Assembly (NCBI RefSeq): GCF_018350175.1
Contig: NC_058383.1
Coordinates: forward strand, 124,001 to 188,000
DNA from: Felis catus
Lineage: Eukaryota
Reading direction: 5' to 3'
DNA: 64,000 nucleotides
The notes below the pieces were generated by a model. That model was not told the origin of the DNA. It searched no databases and saw only the letters and a list, made by a program, of their open reading frames with translations. The position numbers and the translations under genes were made by a program. Below, piece by piece: positions 13,261 through 25,519 of this stretch (position 1 is the stretch's first letter; every line of letters starts with the position of its first letter).

Positions 13261-13489
13261 AAGGGTCATGCACACACTACTGAGTGTTGGGGGTTGGATG
13301 TCAGGGGTCACTGAGAGGTGGGTTTGGTCTAGACCTTCCAGGCCATTTAGAGCCAAGATGATAACTGTCACCCCACATCCATTCCCCCTTCTCTGTCACA
13401 GTAAGACAACACTCTGAGTGGAGGATGAATAATCTGAAGCTCCAGAGAAGCTGAACAACTTGTAATGATCACAGAATCACTCCAGGTTG

Positions 13490-13895
13490 GATATTTTAAT
13501 TGACATATTGACATACCATGGGATAATTCATTGAGCACTTTTATGTAGATATTTTGTACTTCAGTTAGTTCTTTTTAGAAAACGAGAGAAAAAGGTATTT
13601 CCTCACCATGAAATTTATCATGGTGGATTTTAGTATATTCATAAGGTTCTACAACCATCACTGCTAGATGCACTTGCTTTTAAGTATTCATTCTTATCAA
13701 AATTGTTTTCAAAATACTATTTGAGTTTATAAAATACACAATTTAATTTGCACACATATTGTGACACAGCTCAACAAAATTTTTACATGTGCATTCATCT
13801 ATGGAACCACCTACCACATCAAGATGCTCCTGCCACCTAGTTGGCTCCCCGGGTCTCCCACTTGGTATGTCCTCCCAGAATGACCACTAACCATT
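13490..13895 (-). mobile_element. Old L1M-type 3' fragments
   Basis: Antisense L1 3'UTR-like motifs (ttttagtatattcataaggttctacaaccatcactg; atggaaccacctaccacatcaagat). Confidence 0.5.
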
Positions 13896-14777
13896 CTTAA
13901 AGCCCCTTATAGTAGAGAACAAGAAGGCAGGGACTTAGACGGGTCAGGTGTTGATCCCACCTGTGATCCAGCAAAGAAGGGCTGATGAGATCTTCCCTTG
14001 CTCCCTCAAACAGGCTTCCTCCTGAGAAGTGAGTATAAAAGTCCTGAGAGGCCTTGTCCATCTCAGAAGGGATGAAAGCAGCAACTATCGTGGCCCTGGT
14101 GGTGTGGGCATTAGAAAATTTCACCTTAGCCCTTAAACAGTCAGTTGCTTCAGACTGAACCATGGGGAAGGGATCATCTGGATCCTCATTAGGATCCATG
14201 GGTAGGATGATGCTGAGGGAACCAGCACTGGCCACTGATCCAATGATATATCCTATGGAACCTGTTGCATGTACCACTGATCACTGTGATGGCTTTGTCA
14301 TGCATCAGCACAGCACCACACACATTTCCTAAACCCACATGTAACCTCCACACAAATGCAATGACCAAGTAATGCTTCTCCCAGGATCCAACTAAACCTT
14401 GTACAACTGAAAACACACTAAATTATTTCCCTAGAAAGTTTTGTCCTTGGGTAATGTTCTCATGTATTCCTCTCTAATTCATTCAAGTGGCTATTCCTCA
14501 CCCTCCTTGTAACATTCTTGATGCTGGCCTCTGCTGCCAATAGTCTATGAGTGTGAGATTTCAGGATGCTAAGAGGACTGATGCTGGAAAGTATTGAAAT
14601 CATTCATAAAGTGACAATGGAGGGTGTCATAGAGTTCGATCAGAAACATGAAGTAGAGAAAATGAACAGTAGGAATGATGTGACAAGTCCTTTAAGAAAA
14701 AAGAAGACGAGCAGATTCCATTACCTGAGAACATTTCTGAAGCCTCCAAATATTGTTCATTAAACAAGAACCATTTT

Positions 14778-14972
14778 TGGGTTGCTTGAGTGGCTTAGTT
14801 GGTTGAGCGTCTGACTTCATTTTGGCTCACGTCATGATCCCAGGGTCATGGGATGGAGACCTGCGTTAGCCTCCACACTGAGCATGGAACGTGCTTGGGA
14901 TTCTTTCTCTCTCCTTCTCTGCTCCTCCCCCTGCTCATGTGCGCTGTCTCTCCAAAGAAAAATTTTAAAAAG
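14778..14972 (+). mobile_element. Can-SINE
   Basis: SINE head, CT tract and A-tail flanked by the TSD aagaaccatttt (14766 and 14971). Confidence 0.88.
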
Positions 14973-15339
14973 AACCATTTTCATGACAGTATTGTACAAT
15001 TAGGAATGGATTTCAAAACATTAAAGTACGGATGACACATAATTTTCATCAGAAAATTTGCATCCAAACTCTCCTGCATCAATACTTGACTCAGTATGTC
15101 TTTATGCCAGGAATGAGCACATAGTTGCAACTATAGCTTCAATGTTATTACGTAAAGTAAGCTAAAATACACAAGATGTTTTCAGGGCAAAGTCTTAACC
15201 CTGAGGAAAAATAGCCCATTAACCCTAATATCCTCAAAGGGCCCTTTGTTTTCTTAACCCTAGTATTAAGTTTTTGATTCCAATGCTTCAAATACAAAAT
15301 TAAGGAGCAAAACCAAATAGGAAGTCAATCTCATCAAAA

Positions 15340-16260
15340 AACAAAAAGAGAATCCAGAGACTGGTAGAAAATATTTGTAAAGCACACACCTGTAAAGGAC
15401 TGTTATCTACAATATGCCAAGTACTCTTCAAACTCAACAGTAAGAAAACAACCTGAGAGAAAAATGGGGCTATGACTTTAATAGATGCTTCAACAGAAAG
15501 ATATACGCATAATAAATAAGAATATGAGAACGTGCTCTACCTCATATGTCACAAGGTAGATGCAAATTAAAACAACAGTGAGATACCACTACACCTGTTA
15601 GAACGGCCAGAATCTAGGGCACTGATGACACCAAATGCTGTTGTGGATATGGAGCCACAGAAACTTGAGGTGTCTGACTTCATTTCAGGTCATGATCTTG
15701 TGGTCTGTGGGCTCGAGCCCCGTGTCGGGTTCTGTGCAGACAGTTCAGAGACTGGAGCCTGCTTCGGATTCTGTGTCTCCCTCTCTCTCTGACCCTCCCC
15801 CATTCATGCTATGTCTCTGTCTCTGTCTCTCGCTCTCTGATAAATTAAAAAAAAACATAAAAAAATAAGAAAAAATGAAAGAAAACCGAGGTACATCCGG
15901 ACAATGGAATATTATTCAGGGCTATAAAGAAATGAGGTATCAAGTTGTGAAAAGTCATGGAGGAAAACCTAAACAGATGTTATTAGGTGGAAGAAGCCAC
16001 TCTGAAAACGCTACATACACTATTAATCCAACTATATGACATTCTAGAAAAGGAATGATGATGGAGATAGTAAAAAAGTCAGTGACGGTCAAGGCTTAGG
16101 AAAGAGGGAGGTGGAGGGATGAATAGGTACAGTAAAGAGGACGTTTAGGGCAGTGAAACTAGTGGGTATGATAGCATAATGGTGGATAAATGTCATCAAA
16201 AATTGTCCAATACAACAGAATGTACAATCCAAGAGTGAACCCAAATGAAATCTATGGTAT
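15340..16260 (+). mobile_element. Old L1M-type ORF2 end/3'UTR fragment interrupted by a SINE
   Basis: L1 motifs gatgcaaattaaaacaacagtgagataccactacacc and caatggaatattattcag. Confidence 0.7.
15668..15880 (+). mobile_element. Can-SINE (5'-truncated)
   Basis: caggtcatgatc...ggagcctgcttcggattctgtgtctccctctctctct followed by an A-tail. Confidence 0.88.
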
Positions 16261-17295
16261 GTCATACATAGGTTCCTAGTGTCAAAGACGTATCCTGTGT
16301 GGGAGTCCACCCAGGATTTGGGGGGGGGGTGGGAGGTTGGGAGCAGGGGCGCGTATGGTGTGGATTTTTGGTAATGGACCTTCTCTACCTGCTTCGTTGG
16401 TTCCCAAGGACTCTCCTTTGGCCTACCTTTCAACTCACTGCAACCAATTAGGATTGCAAGGCTTACAAAAGGACTGGTTTTCTGTAACATTGCAAGACCT
16501 CATTATTCCTTAGGATATGAGGAAAAATAGCCCATTAATGTCATATTAAGCTTCAGTATAACTTTCTGTTAGATCTCTTCTGCAGGAAATGGGACACATG
16601 GACTGAGGTACCCTATGTCCAAGCCTGAGTGGCCCTAAATCAAGACCCCACTCTAAGGGTCTCTTGCAGAATGTGTTTGGCCACTAACCAGGCTGATAAA
16701 TTCCCTCCTGATATATTGGATGATTGTCTCAACAAGCCTCCTCTGAATAAACCCAGCTTGCTGGAGGAAACACAGGTCATCCCTAACAAAGGGGATGCAG
16801 ACATTCTTCCTTCCTCCTTACAGACTCAGGTTCCTCTAGCTGTAAGTGGGAGCGTCTCCTTCCTTCACTTCCCAGGTTAATGGCTATGATAATTGGAGCC
16901 AAGTGTCTCGGGTGAGTCTACCTTGGGACAGGGAGTTTAAGGAATATTCTCAAGCAGCTGCCAAAACTCCTTTTGTTTTAGGAAAATTCCCTGTCTTCTC
17001 TGGCCAGATATGGACTGCCTGTTTGATTGTGATGAAAGGTTTAGAGAGAAAATATGTGATTTCATGGTGCTCTACCGATGGTCCTGTACCCTCATGTCTC
17101 ATCAAATTATACCCTTTAACTTGAGGCTTTGTTATATGTAAATTATACCTCATTAAAGAGAGTTTCAAAACATAAAATACTAGAAGCAAATGTTGCAAAG
17201 TTCCTTTAAAATCCTGAAGTGCGTGGGTGATATGAGTCTGCCTGCCCATGTCTCAAAAATCCAAAATAATAAGACATTTAAAAAATTAATAATAA

Positions 17296-20200
17296 CAGAG
17301 TAAGCGGATCCTGAGCTCACCTTGTTCCATGTGTTCAACTACATAACATCCACATACAAGTCCACGAACTGGAGAGCAATCCAAAGACTGGCAGAAGAAA
17401 CTCCACACCTAAATAGAGAGAACCTGCATCAGAAAGGTTACGAAGGTCAGAAAGGTAGAGTCTGGCTGCCTGCAGAATGGGCAGAGAACGTGAGCCCTCA
17501 CACCATGGAGCTCACACAGTGAAGACTAATCTCCATAACATTTGGCATTAAAACCCAGAGGGGCTGAATTCCCTTGAGTTTAGATCCTGGAGGGTTGGAG
17601 GTCAGCTGGCCCAGCACTGGGTGATATAGGAGGATGAGTGATAGCCAGGTACCTGCCTGTGTAGAGAGGCAATGTAAACATGGCATTTTACACAATGCAG
17701 AGGCAACAGGAGACAGATGCATTCATGCTGATTACTGAGTGTGTTGGGGGACTTCTCCAACAATGAGGGAGCTCACAGACACCATTCTTCTCCCCCAGCC
17801 TCCCAGAATAAGCATAGAAGCACCCACCAGAGGGTGAGGCTGCACAGACACTTGCGAACTAACCTGTTAGCAGCACGCCAGTCCCAAGGGTTCACAGGAG
17901 GGATCACCACACCAAGTCTGCTGGTCTCAGGGCAAACATTCTTAAAACCACAAGGGCACCCTATCCAACAAGCTGCATGAATCTGCCACAGCACGCTGTG
18001 CACATCTGCACCTCACCCAGCTGTGCATATCTAGGCAACCTCATCTGTCACACCCAGTCACATATCCCCAGACACAGACATGCTCTGTGCATATCCTCAA
18101 GCCCCTAGCTTCCACCACTGGTTCACAGCTCCCAGCCACCAAAGGACATCGGGAAATCTGGCATAGGACTAGTAGCCCTGTGCAATTTTGCTAACACTCC
18201 TGCACTGGTCCCAAGTTACTCAGTGGGCATACTACCTCACAGCTGGCTTGCCTGAGTCCCACTAACACTACTGAGTGTAAGCACAGCCCACAACAGGCAT
18301 GCAATCAATCAGTGCAGACATCTACACTAAAAGGAAAAGCAACACAGACACAACAGCATGGAATGAGCAATACCCATGCGGTATCCTCCTGAAGGTCCAG
18401 GTCCTATAAATGGATACGTGAACTATTGAGGAATCCAGGACCTCTTTTTCATACCGTCGTTAATTTCAAGATCAAGAGGCACAGCTGACTTTCTTAACAC
18501 AGAGAAATAGAGCCCGAGAGACAGACAAAATGGACACACAGAGATGTTTACCCACAATGAAAGACCTAGTCAAAGTCACAGTGAGAGATCTAAGCCAAAG
18601 AGATATAAATAACATACCTGATACTGAATTTAAAGCAATGATCACAAGGATACTCACTGGAGTTGTGAAATGAGTAGAAGAGTGAGACCCCTGACATAGA
18701 GATAAGAAATAACACAGTACACATTGAGGACACAATAAAGGGGAACCAAGCTAGCTGGAATGAACAGAGGGATGGAAGAAGCAGCCGAACAAACTAGTGA
18801 CCTCGAAGACTGAGTGATGGAAATTAATCACACTGAACCAAAGAGAGAGCACAGAATTCTTCAACGTGAGATGAGACTAAGGGAACTCAGTGACTACAAG
18901 AAAGATAATAATATTCATGTTGTAGGACTCCCTGAAGGAAGAGAATTTGGGGTTGAAAATTTATTTGAGGAAATAATAGCTGAAAACGTCCCTAATTGGG
19001 GGAGGGAAACAAATATCCACATCCAGGAGTCCAAAGAACTCCCATCAACATCAACAAAATCAGGCCAACACACAAACATAATGTAACCAAACTTGTAAAT
19101 TACAGTGACAGTAAAGAAAAACTCGTAAAAGCAGCAAGACAAAAGACCTTAACTTAGAAGGGAAGACCCATAAGGCAAGCTACCCGATTTCTGAACAGAA
19201 ACTTGGCAAGCCAGAAGCTAGTGACATCACATATTCAAAATGCTGAATGGAAAAATCAGCAGCCAACAATATTCTATCCAGTAAGGCTATCCTTCAAAAT
19301 GGAAGGAGACACAGACTTTCCCAAACGAAAACTAAAGGAGTTTGTACCACTAAACCCTTCCTGCAAGAAATATTGAGGGATTCTTTGAGTGGAAAGGAGA
19401 GACCAACAGTGACAGTCTAGAGGTAGAAGACACAAATCAAGTAAAAAATGAATATGTCTGCAAAAAAATCAGTTAAGGATCTCAGAGAAATGAATTTGAA
19501 TTGTAATAACGTCTACCAAAAACCTAGGGAGGAGAAAATAATGGGTGCGAAGGTAAATGACCATCAACTTAATACCAACTGCTAAATGAAGAAGAGGTTA
19601 TATAAACACCTAACAGTAACCATATACTAAAACCAATCATAAATATGCTAAGAATAGAGATAAGGAAATCAAAATATATCACTAAAGAAAATACGCAAAA
19701 CATGAAAGAAAGGCAAGAAAGGATCAGAAAAAATCATTAGAAACCACAGCAAAACAGGCAATAAAATGGCAATACGTACATCCATATCAATCATTATTTG
19801 AAGGTAAATGGAGTGAATGCTCCAATCTAGAGACGTAGGGTGTAAGAATGGATGAAAAAAACAAAACCGATTTGTATGCCTATAAGTGACCCACTTTACA
19901 CCTCAAGAATGATAGTGAGAGGATAGAGAAACATTGCACACATTAATGTCAAATGAAACCTGGAGTAGCAATACTTGTATCAGAAAAAAATACACTTAAA
20001 AAAAGTACATAACAAGAGACAGAGGAGGATACTGTATAACAGTAAAGGGTACAATCCAAAAAGAAGATATAACAAGTGTAAATATATCCCACAATTCAGT
20101 GGGATTTATTCCTAAGCTGCAAAGGTGGTTCAATATTTGCATATCAACCAATGTGACACAATACATCAACAGGAGAAAGGATAAGGACCATATGAATGGG

Positions 20201-21200
20201 GCACATTGGTGGCTCAATCCTTTAACAGTCTGACATCAGCTCAGGTCATGACTTCATAATTCGCGAGTTCGAGTCCCGTGTCAGACTCTGTGCTGAAAGC
20301 TCAGAGCCAAGAGCTTCCTTCGAATTCTGTGTCTCCCTCTCTCTCTGCCCCTCCCCTGCTTACGCTCTGTCTCTCTCAAGATTAATAAACTTTAAAAGAA
20401 AAGAACCATACTGTCATTTCAATACATGGATAAAGGAGCATTTGACAAAGTACAGCATCCACTCAGGATTATAACCCCCTAAACTAGGTTTACAGGAAAC
20501 ATACATCAATGTAATAAAGGTTATCTATGAAAACCCTGCAGTTATAATCAACCTTAATGGGGAAAATCTGAGAGGTTTTCCTGTAAGGTCAGGAAGACAA
20601 GGATGTTTACTCTTACCACTTTTAATAAATTACTGGAAATCCTAGCTACAGCCAGCAGACAAACTAAACTAAACTAAACTAATCTAAACTACACTAAAAT
20701 AAAAACAACTCCAAATGTGGAGGAAGTGAAACTTTAACACTTTGCAGATTACATGACACTATATATAGAAAACCCTAAAGAGTCCACCCAATAACTGATA
20801 GAACTGCTAGAATGAATTCAGCAATGTCACAGGATACAAATCACTGTAGAGAAATCTGTTGTATTTGTAGAACACAATACTGAAGCAGTAGAAATAGAAA
20901 TTAAGAAAACAGTCCTATTTACACTTGTACACCAAATAATAAGATATATATGAATAAATCTAACCAAAGTGGTGAGTGACCTATACCCTGAAAAGTATAA
21001 AACAGTGATGAAATTCAAGATGACACAAAGAAATGGAAGGACATTCCATACTCATGTGTCGGAAGTACAAATATAGTGAAAATGTCTATACTTAGCAAAG
21101 CAATGGACACAATTAATGCAATTTCCATCAAAATACCAACAACATTTTTCACAGAACTAGAACAGTCTTAAAATGTGTATGGAACCACAAAAGACCCCAA
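17296..21200 (+). mobile_element. Degenerate carnivore L1 (5'UTR, ORF1, ORF2 with a large internal deletion, 3'-truncated)
   Basis: ORF 18814-19086 is L1 ORF1p (LRELSD..KDNNIHVVGLPEG..NLFEEIIAEN). The endonuclease region starts ~19765 and jumps to the RT region at ~20088. Confidence 0.88.
20198..20402 (+). mobile_element. Can-SINE nested in L1 (shared with right arm 62110-62314)
   Basis: SINE structure inside L1 ORF2 at the same position in both arms. Confidence 0.9.
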
Positions 21201-21229
21201 TCTTCAGAGTGAAAAACCTTTGTGTGAAG

Positions 21230-21660
21230 TGATAATTATGGATGGCGTTATGCCTCTGGATCTTCTGCTCCAAAACATGGTAACTCTGGCCTAAGCATTT
21301 GAACAAACGTTAGACATATCCAAACCAAGGATCATTCTACAAAATACATTCTACACAGGTACACTCAAAACTTTGCAGATTATGTAAAATATGGAAAAAT
21401 CTAAAAATTGTCATGGCCATGTGGAGCCTAAGGAGAAAGGATGACTGTAATGTGCCAGCTGGGATGAGTCTGGGACAGAAGTTAAACCCGAAGAAATCTG
21501 AATACAAATATAAACTTTAGTTAATACTACCATATCTCACAGGATATTGATTGTACTCATGTGTCAACTCATATAATATCAATAGTCAGAAAACAGTCTG
21601 TTGTATGTAGAGACTCAATAATATCTTCCCAATTTTTCTGGTAACTAGAAACCCATCACG
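21230..21660 (+). mobile_element. Old L1MC/L1MD-like 3' fragment
   Basis: Motifs such as catatccaaaccaaggatcattctacaaaatac and gagcctaaggag...atgactgtaatgtg resemble old L1M 3' ends (by recall). Confidence 0.45.
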
Positions 21661-22653
21661 AATGAAAAGATTATTAGTAATCATGGTTTTATGTTTGCAA
21701 CACATAATATTATATGACTAGGTCTAATATTAGTTACTAGTGATGGACATGTACCTATTCTTGTTGTTCTTACATTGTTTAATTTAAATAACAGCATTCA
21801 TGGTAGAGAAAACTGAATGCATGATAAACACTTCACAGAAACATCTATTTTACATATTATAAGATAATAACGCATGTGTATACCACTGTATTATGTGGTA
21901 TGTAAATTAAGTGTTTTTCTGATCTTGAACGAGCATGTCATTGAATGGCTTTCCATAAATGTGGTTATCCTAGATAATGAATGATACTCAGATATTACAG
22001 GATATACTTCACTTCATGCCTGAACATTGTGAAAACTAAAAATGTACACACGGTCAGATGAATCATTGTGACTGGCTCACTGATTGTAAAGAATCCTTGG
22101 TTTAATATTTTCACACATTTTTTTAAAATCAGGAATACAAGAGAATCAAATGTTTCCAAATCAAAGAGATATCCAAAGACTGGAAGAACAATAGGGAACT
22201 CAAGGGGTTTCAGAAGGATAAGATGTGACCATGAAGTGGCAGTCACAAGCAAGCAGCTTTTTGTGGTCCACTTTGACAGGTTTGCATGAGGATATGTGAC
22301 TTGCCAAAGGGTAAGTCCCATAAGTACCACAGGGAAAGACAACGCTTTAGGGAGAGGTGACTTGGAAAGTGTGTTTCTGTGCCTAAATGATGGCTCAGCA
22401 ACCTCACTGGGGGTCCCTGGGTGAAAGACATCGAAAGGCCAAGAGTAACCTAGACTCACAAAGATCTTAGTAACACAGGTCAAAGTAACTTAGAGCCACA
22501 AAGATCTTAGAGCCACAGAGTTTATCTTCCTCTATGATTAGGAGAGTGTTACAGTTTCACAGGATATGATCACCGGGCCGGCAGTAGATGGCTAAAATAT
22601 TATTTAGGGCTATATATTTAATAAAAATGTATACATAAAATTTGGCTTTGGAA

Positions 22654-22855
22654 TGTTAAGAAAAATCACAGGCCCATCATGGAGTTACTTACGTTAAGGC
22701 CACATGTCACTAAACCTAATTTCATTCCTGTAGGAATGTAACCTTTAACAAGTCAGCAAAGAATTTCCTAGCCAGTGCTGGAAATATAGCTCATAGATCC
22801 TTGCCATTCCCCTCAGAGAGGCAGTCTTCCCTAAATAAGGTATTCCATGCCACTA
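22654..22855 (+). mobile_element. ERV LTR 5' fragment
   Basis: Begins with TG (tgttaagaaaaatcacaggccc..atggagttactt..aaggccacatgtcactaaac), typical of a carnivore ERV1-type LTR opening. Mirrored at 59405-59604. Confidence 0.55.
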
Positions 22856-23018
22856 TTTTTTTTAAGTTTATTAATTTTGAGAGAGAGAGAGAGAGAGAAA
22901 GAGAGCACATGCAAGGGAGGTGCAGGACAAGAGGGAAAGAGAGAATCCCACGACCAAGAGGTCATGATCTGATACAGGATCAAGAGTCAGACACTTAACC
23001 AATCCATCCAGGTACCCC
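22856..23018 (-). mobile_element. Can-SINE (internally shortened; shared with 59246-59400)
   Basis: Antisense T-tail, (GA)n, gtcatgatctga and ccaggtacccc. Confidence 0.85.
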
Positions 23019-23019
23019 G

Positions 23020-25480
23020 AGACTGTGGAGTTTTAAAGGTTAGAAGCCTTGGCTGGGATACAGCCCTGAGGACACTGGCCTACTCCTGAAGAGAAGGCAG
23101 CAAACAACTTGCAGGCAGATGGCATGGAAACAGTGATCTGTACAAAGCCTGGTGCACACAGTGGGGAGATTATACACTCATCGTGGAGAACATCCCTGAG
23201 AAGCAGTGTTCACAATGAGGGGACAAAGAGATAGGACAGCGGAGCTGGGTGGGGCTATTTCCCTGCTCTGCCCCCTGCCCCCTGCCCCTCAGCATAAACA
23301 CAGAGCCGTCTGCTGGAAACAAGGCAGTTCCCACACTGGCTGCCTAAGCTGCTTACACCAACCCCACCTTCCTGTGCTCTGGCAAGACTGGCCTTCTATG
23401 TCATTCAAGGTTGCCTCAGTCCCAATGGAGCTGGCCCCTTCCCCAGAAGACCAGGTGAAGCCCATGACCATACCACCTCTCTTGACCAAAGAGTTGTGCA
23501 GGGATTCACTTCTAGGAGCAGTCGTTTCAAGTCTCATTTAGCAAGCAGATCAGAGCAGACCTAGATAAGACTCACCACATTCTGGCCAAGGACCCTACCT
23601 TTCCCATACAACTGACCTGAAGGATAGTGCAGCCAGAGCACAAAACAGTGCATGCAACACACACCACAAACATTCCGTGATGTGCCCGGCCCTGGACATT
23701 GGATTACCTCCTCTTCATAAAACCATTCAACTCACAGGCAGGTAACACAATGAGCTTTGGTAACACAGAGATGGCAAATACTCAACCAAAATTCCAAGAC
23801 AAGAGGATGGCATCCCAAATGAAAGAACAAGATAAGGTCATGGGCAGAAAAATGGACGGAACACTTCCAAACTCATTCTATGAGGGCAGCATGGCCTTGA
23901 GCCCAAACTGGACAAAGACCCCACTAAAAAGGAAAACTACAGACCAATTTCCCTGATGACCATGGATGCAAAAAATCTCAACAAAAAGTGGCAAACTGGA
24001 TCCAACAACACATAAAAAGAATTATTCAGCACAATGAGGTGGATCTTATTCCTGGGATGCACAACCGATTCAATATCTGCAAATCAACTGATGTGAAATA
24101 TTACATTGATAAAAGAAAGGATAACAACCACATGATCCTCTCAATAGATGCAGAATAAACATTTGACATAATGCAGCAGCATCCTTTCTTGATGAAAAAA
24201 AAAAAAACCTCATGAAAGGAGGGATAGAAGGATCGTGCCTCAATGTGAGAATGTCCAGATATGAAAGTCCCACAGCTAATAACATCTTCAATGGGGAAAA
24301 ACTGAGAGCTTTCCCCCTAAGGTCAGGAACACGACAGGGATGTCCATTCTCAGCACTGTTATTCACCATTCTGTTGGAAGTCCTAGCCTCAGCAATCAGA
24401 CAACAAAAAGAAATACAAGGTGTCCAAGTTGGCAAGGAGGGGTCAAACTTTCCTTCCTCACAGATATGATACTCTTCGTGGAAAATCCAAACGACTCCAC
24501 CAAAAAACTTCTAGGACTGATACAGGAATTCAGGAAAGTCTCAGAATATAAAACCAACATACAGAAGTTGATTGCATTTCTATACACCAATAATGAATCA
24601 ACAGAGAGAAAATTAAGGAATTGATCTCATTTACAACTGCACTGAAATGCATAAAATACCCAGGGATAAATCTAACCAAAGAGGTAAAAGATCAGTACAT
24701 TAAAACAATAGAGGTGCTCCTGGGTGGCTCAGTCGTTTAAGTGCCGACCTCAGTTCAGGACATGATCCCGCGTTTGTGAGTTTGAGTCCTGTGATGGGCT
24801 CTGTGCTGACAGCTTGGAGCCTAGAGCCTGCTTCATATTCTGTGTATCCCTCTCTCTGCCTCTCCCCTGCTCACGGGCTCTTGCTCACTCGCTCACTCTC
24901 TTAAAAATAAACATTAAAAAAATTAAAAGAACAAACCATACAACATCTATGAAAGAACTTGAAGAAGACACAAAGAAATGGAAAAACATCCCATGCTCAT
25001 GGATTAGAAGAACAAATATTGTTAAAATGTCAATACTACCCAAAGCAATGGACAAATTTAATGTAATTCCTATCAAAATAACACCAGCTTTCTTCCAGAG
25101 CTAGAACAAACAATCCTAAAATTTGTATGGAACCAGAAACGACCCCAAAGAGCCAAAGTAATGTTGAAAAAGAAAAAAACAAACCTGGAGACATTACAAT
25201 TCTAGACTTTATGGTGCATCAGAAAGCTGCAATCGTCAAGACAGTATGGGACGGGCACAAAAACAGACACATAGATCAAAGGAACAGAATAGGGAACCCA
25301 GAAATGGACCCTCAAAATTATGGCCGACTAAGCTTTGACAAAACAGGAAAGAATATCCAAAGGAAAAACAAAAGAGTCTCTTCAGCACATGGTACTGGGA
25401 AAAATGGACAGTGAGAAGAATGAACCTGGAGTATGTTCTTAAACCTCTGGGTCTCTCTCTGTCTCTCTCTCTCTCTCTGA

Positions 25481-25519
<39 letters not shown>

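Noticed and set aside
13360..13400. Possible upstream ACSM exon (GDPEKTA...)
   Set aside because: Only a few bases of resemblance; the TGDR and GRSDD motifs could not be recovered.
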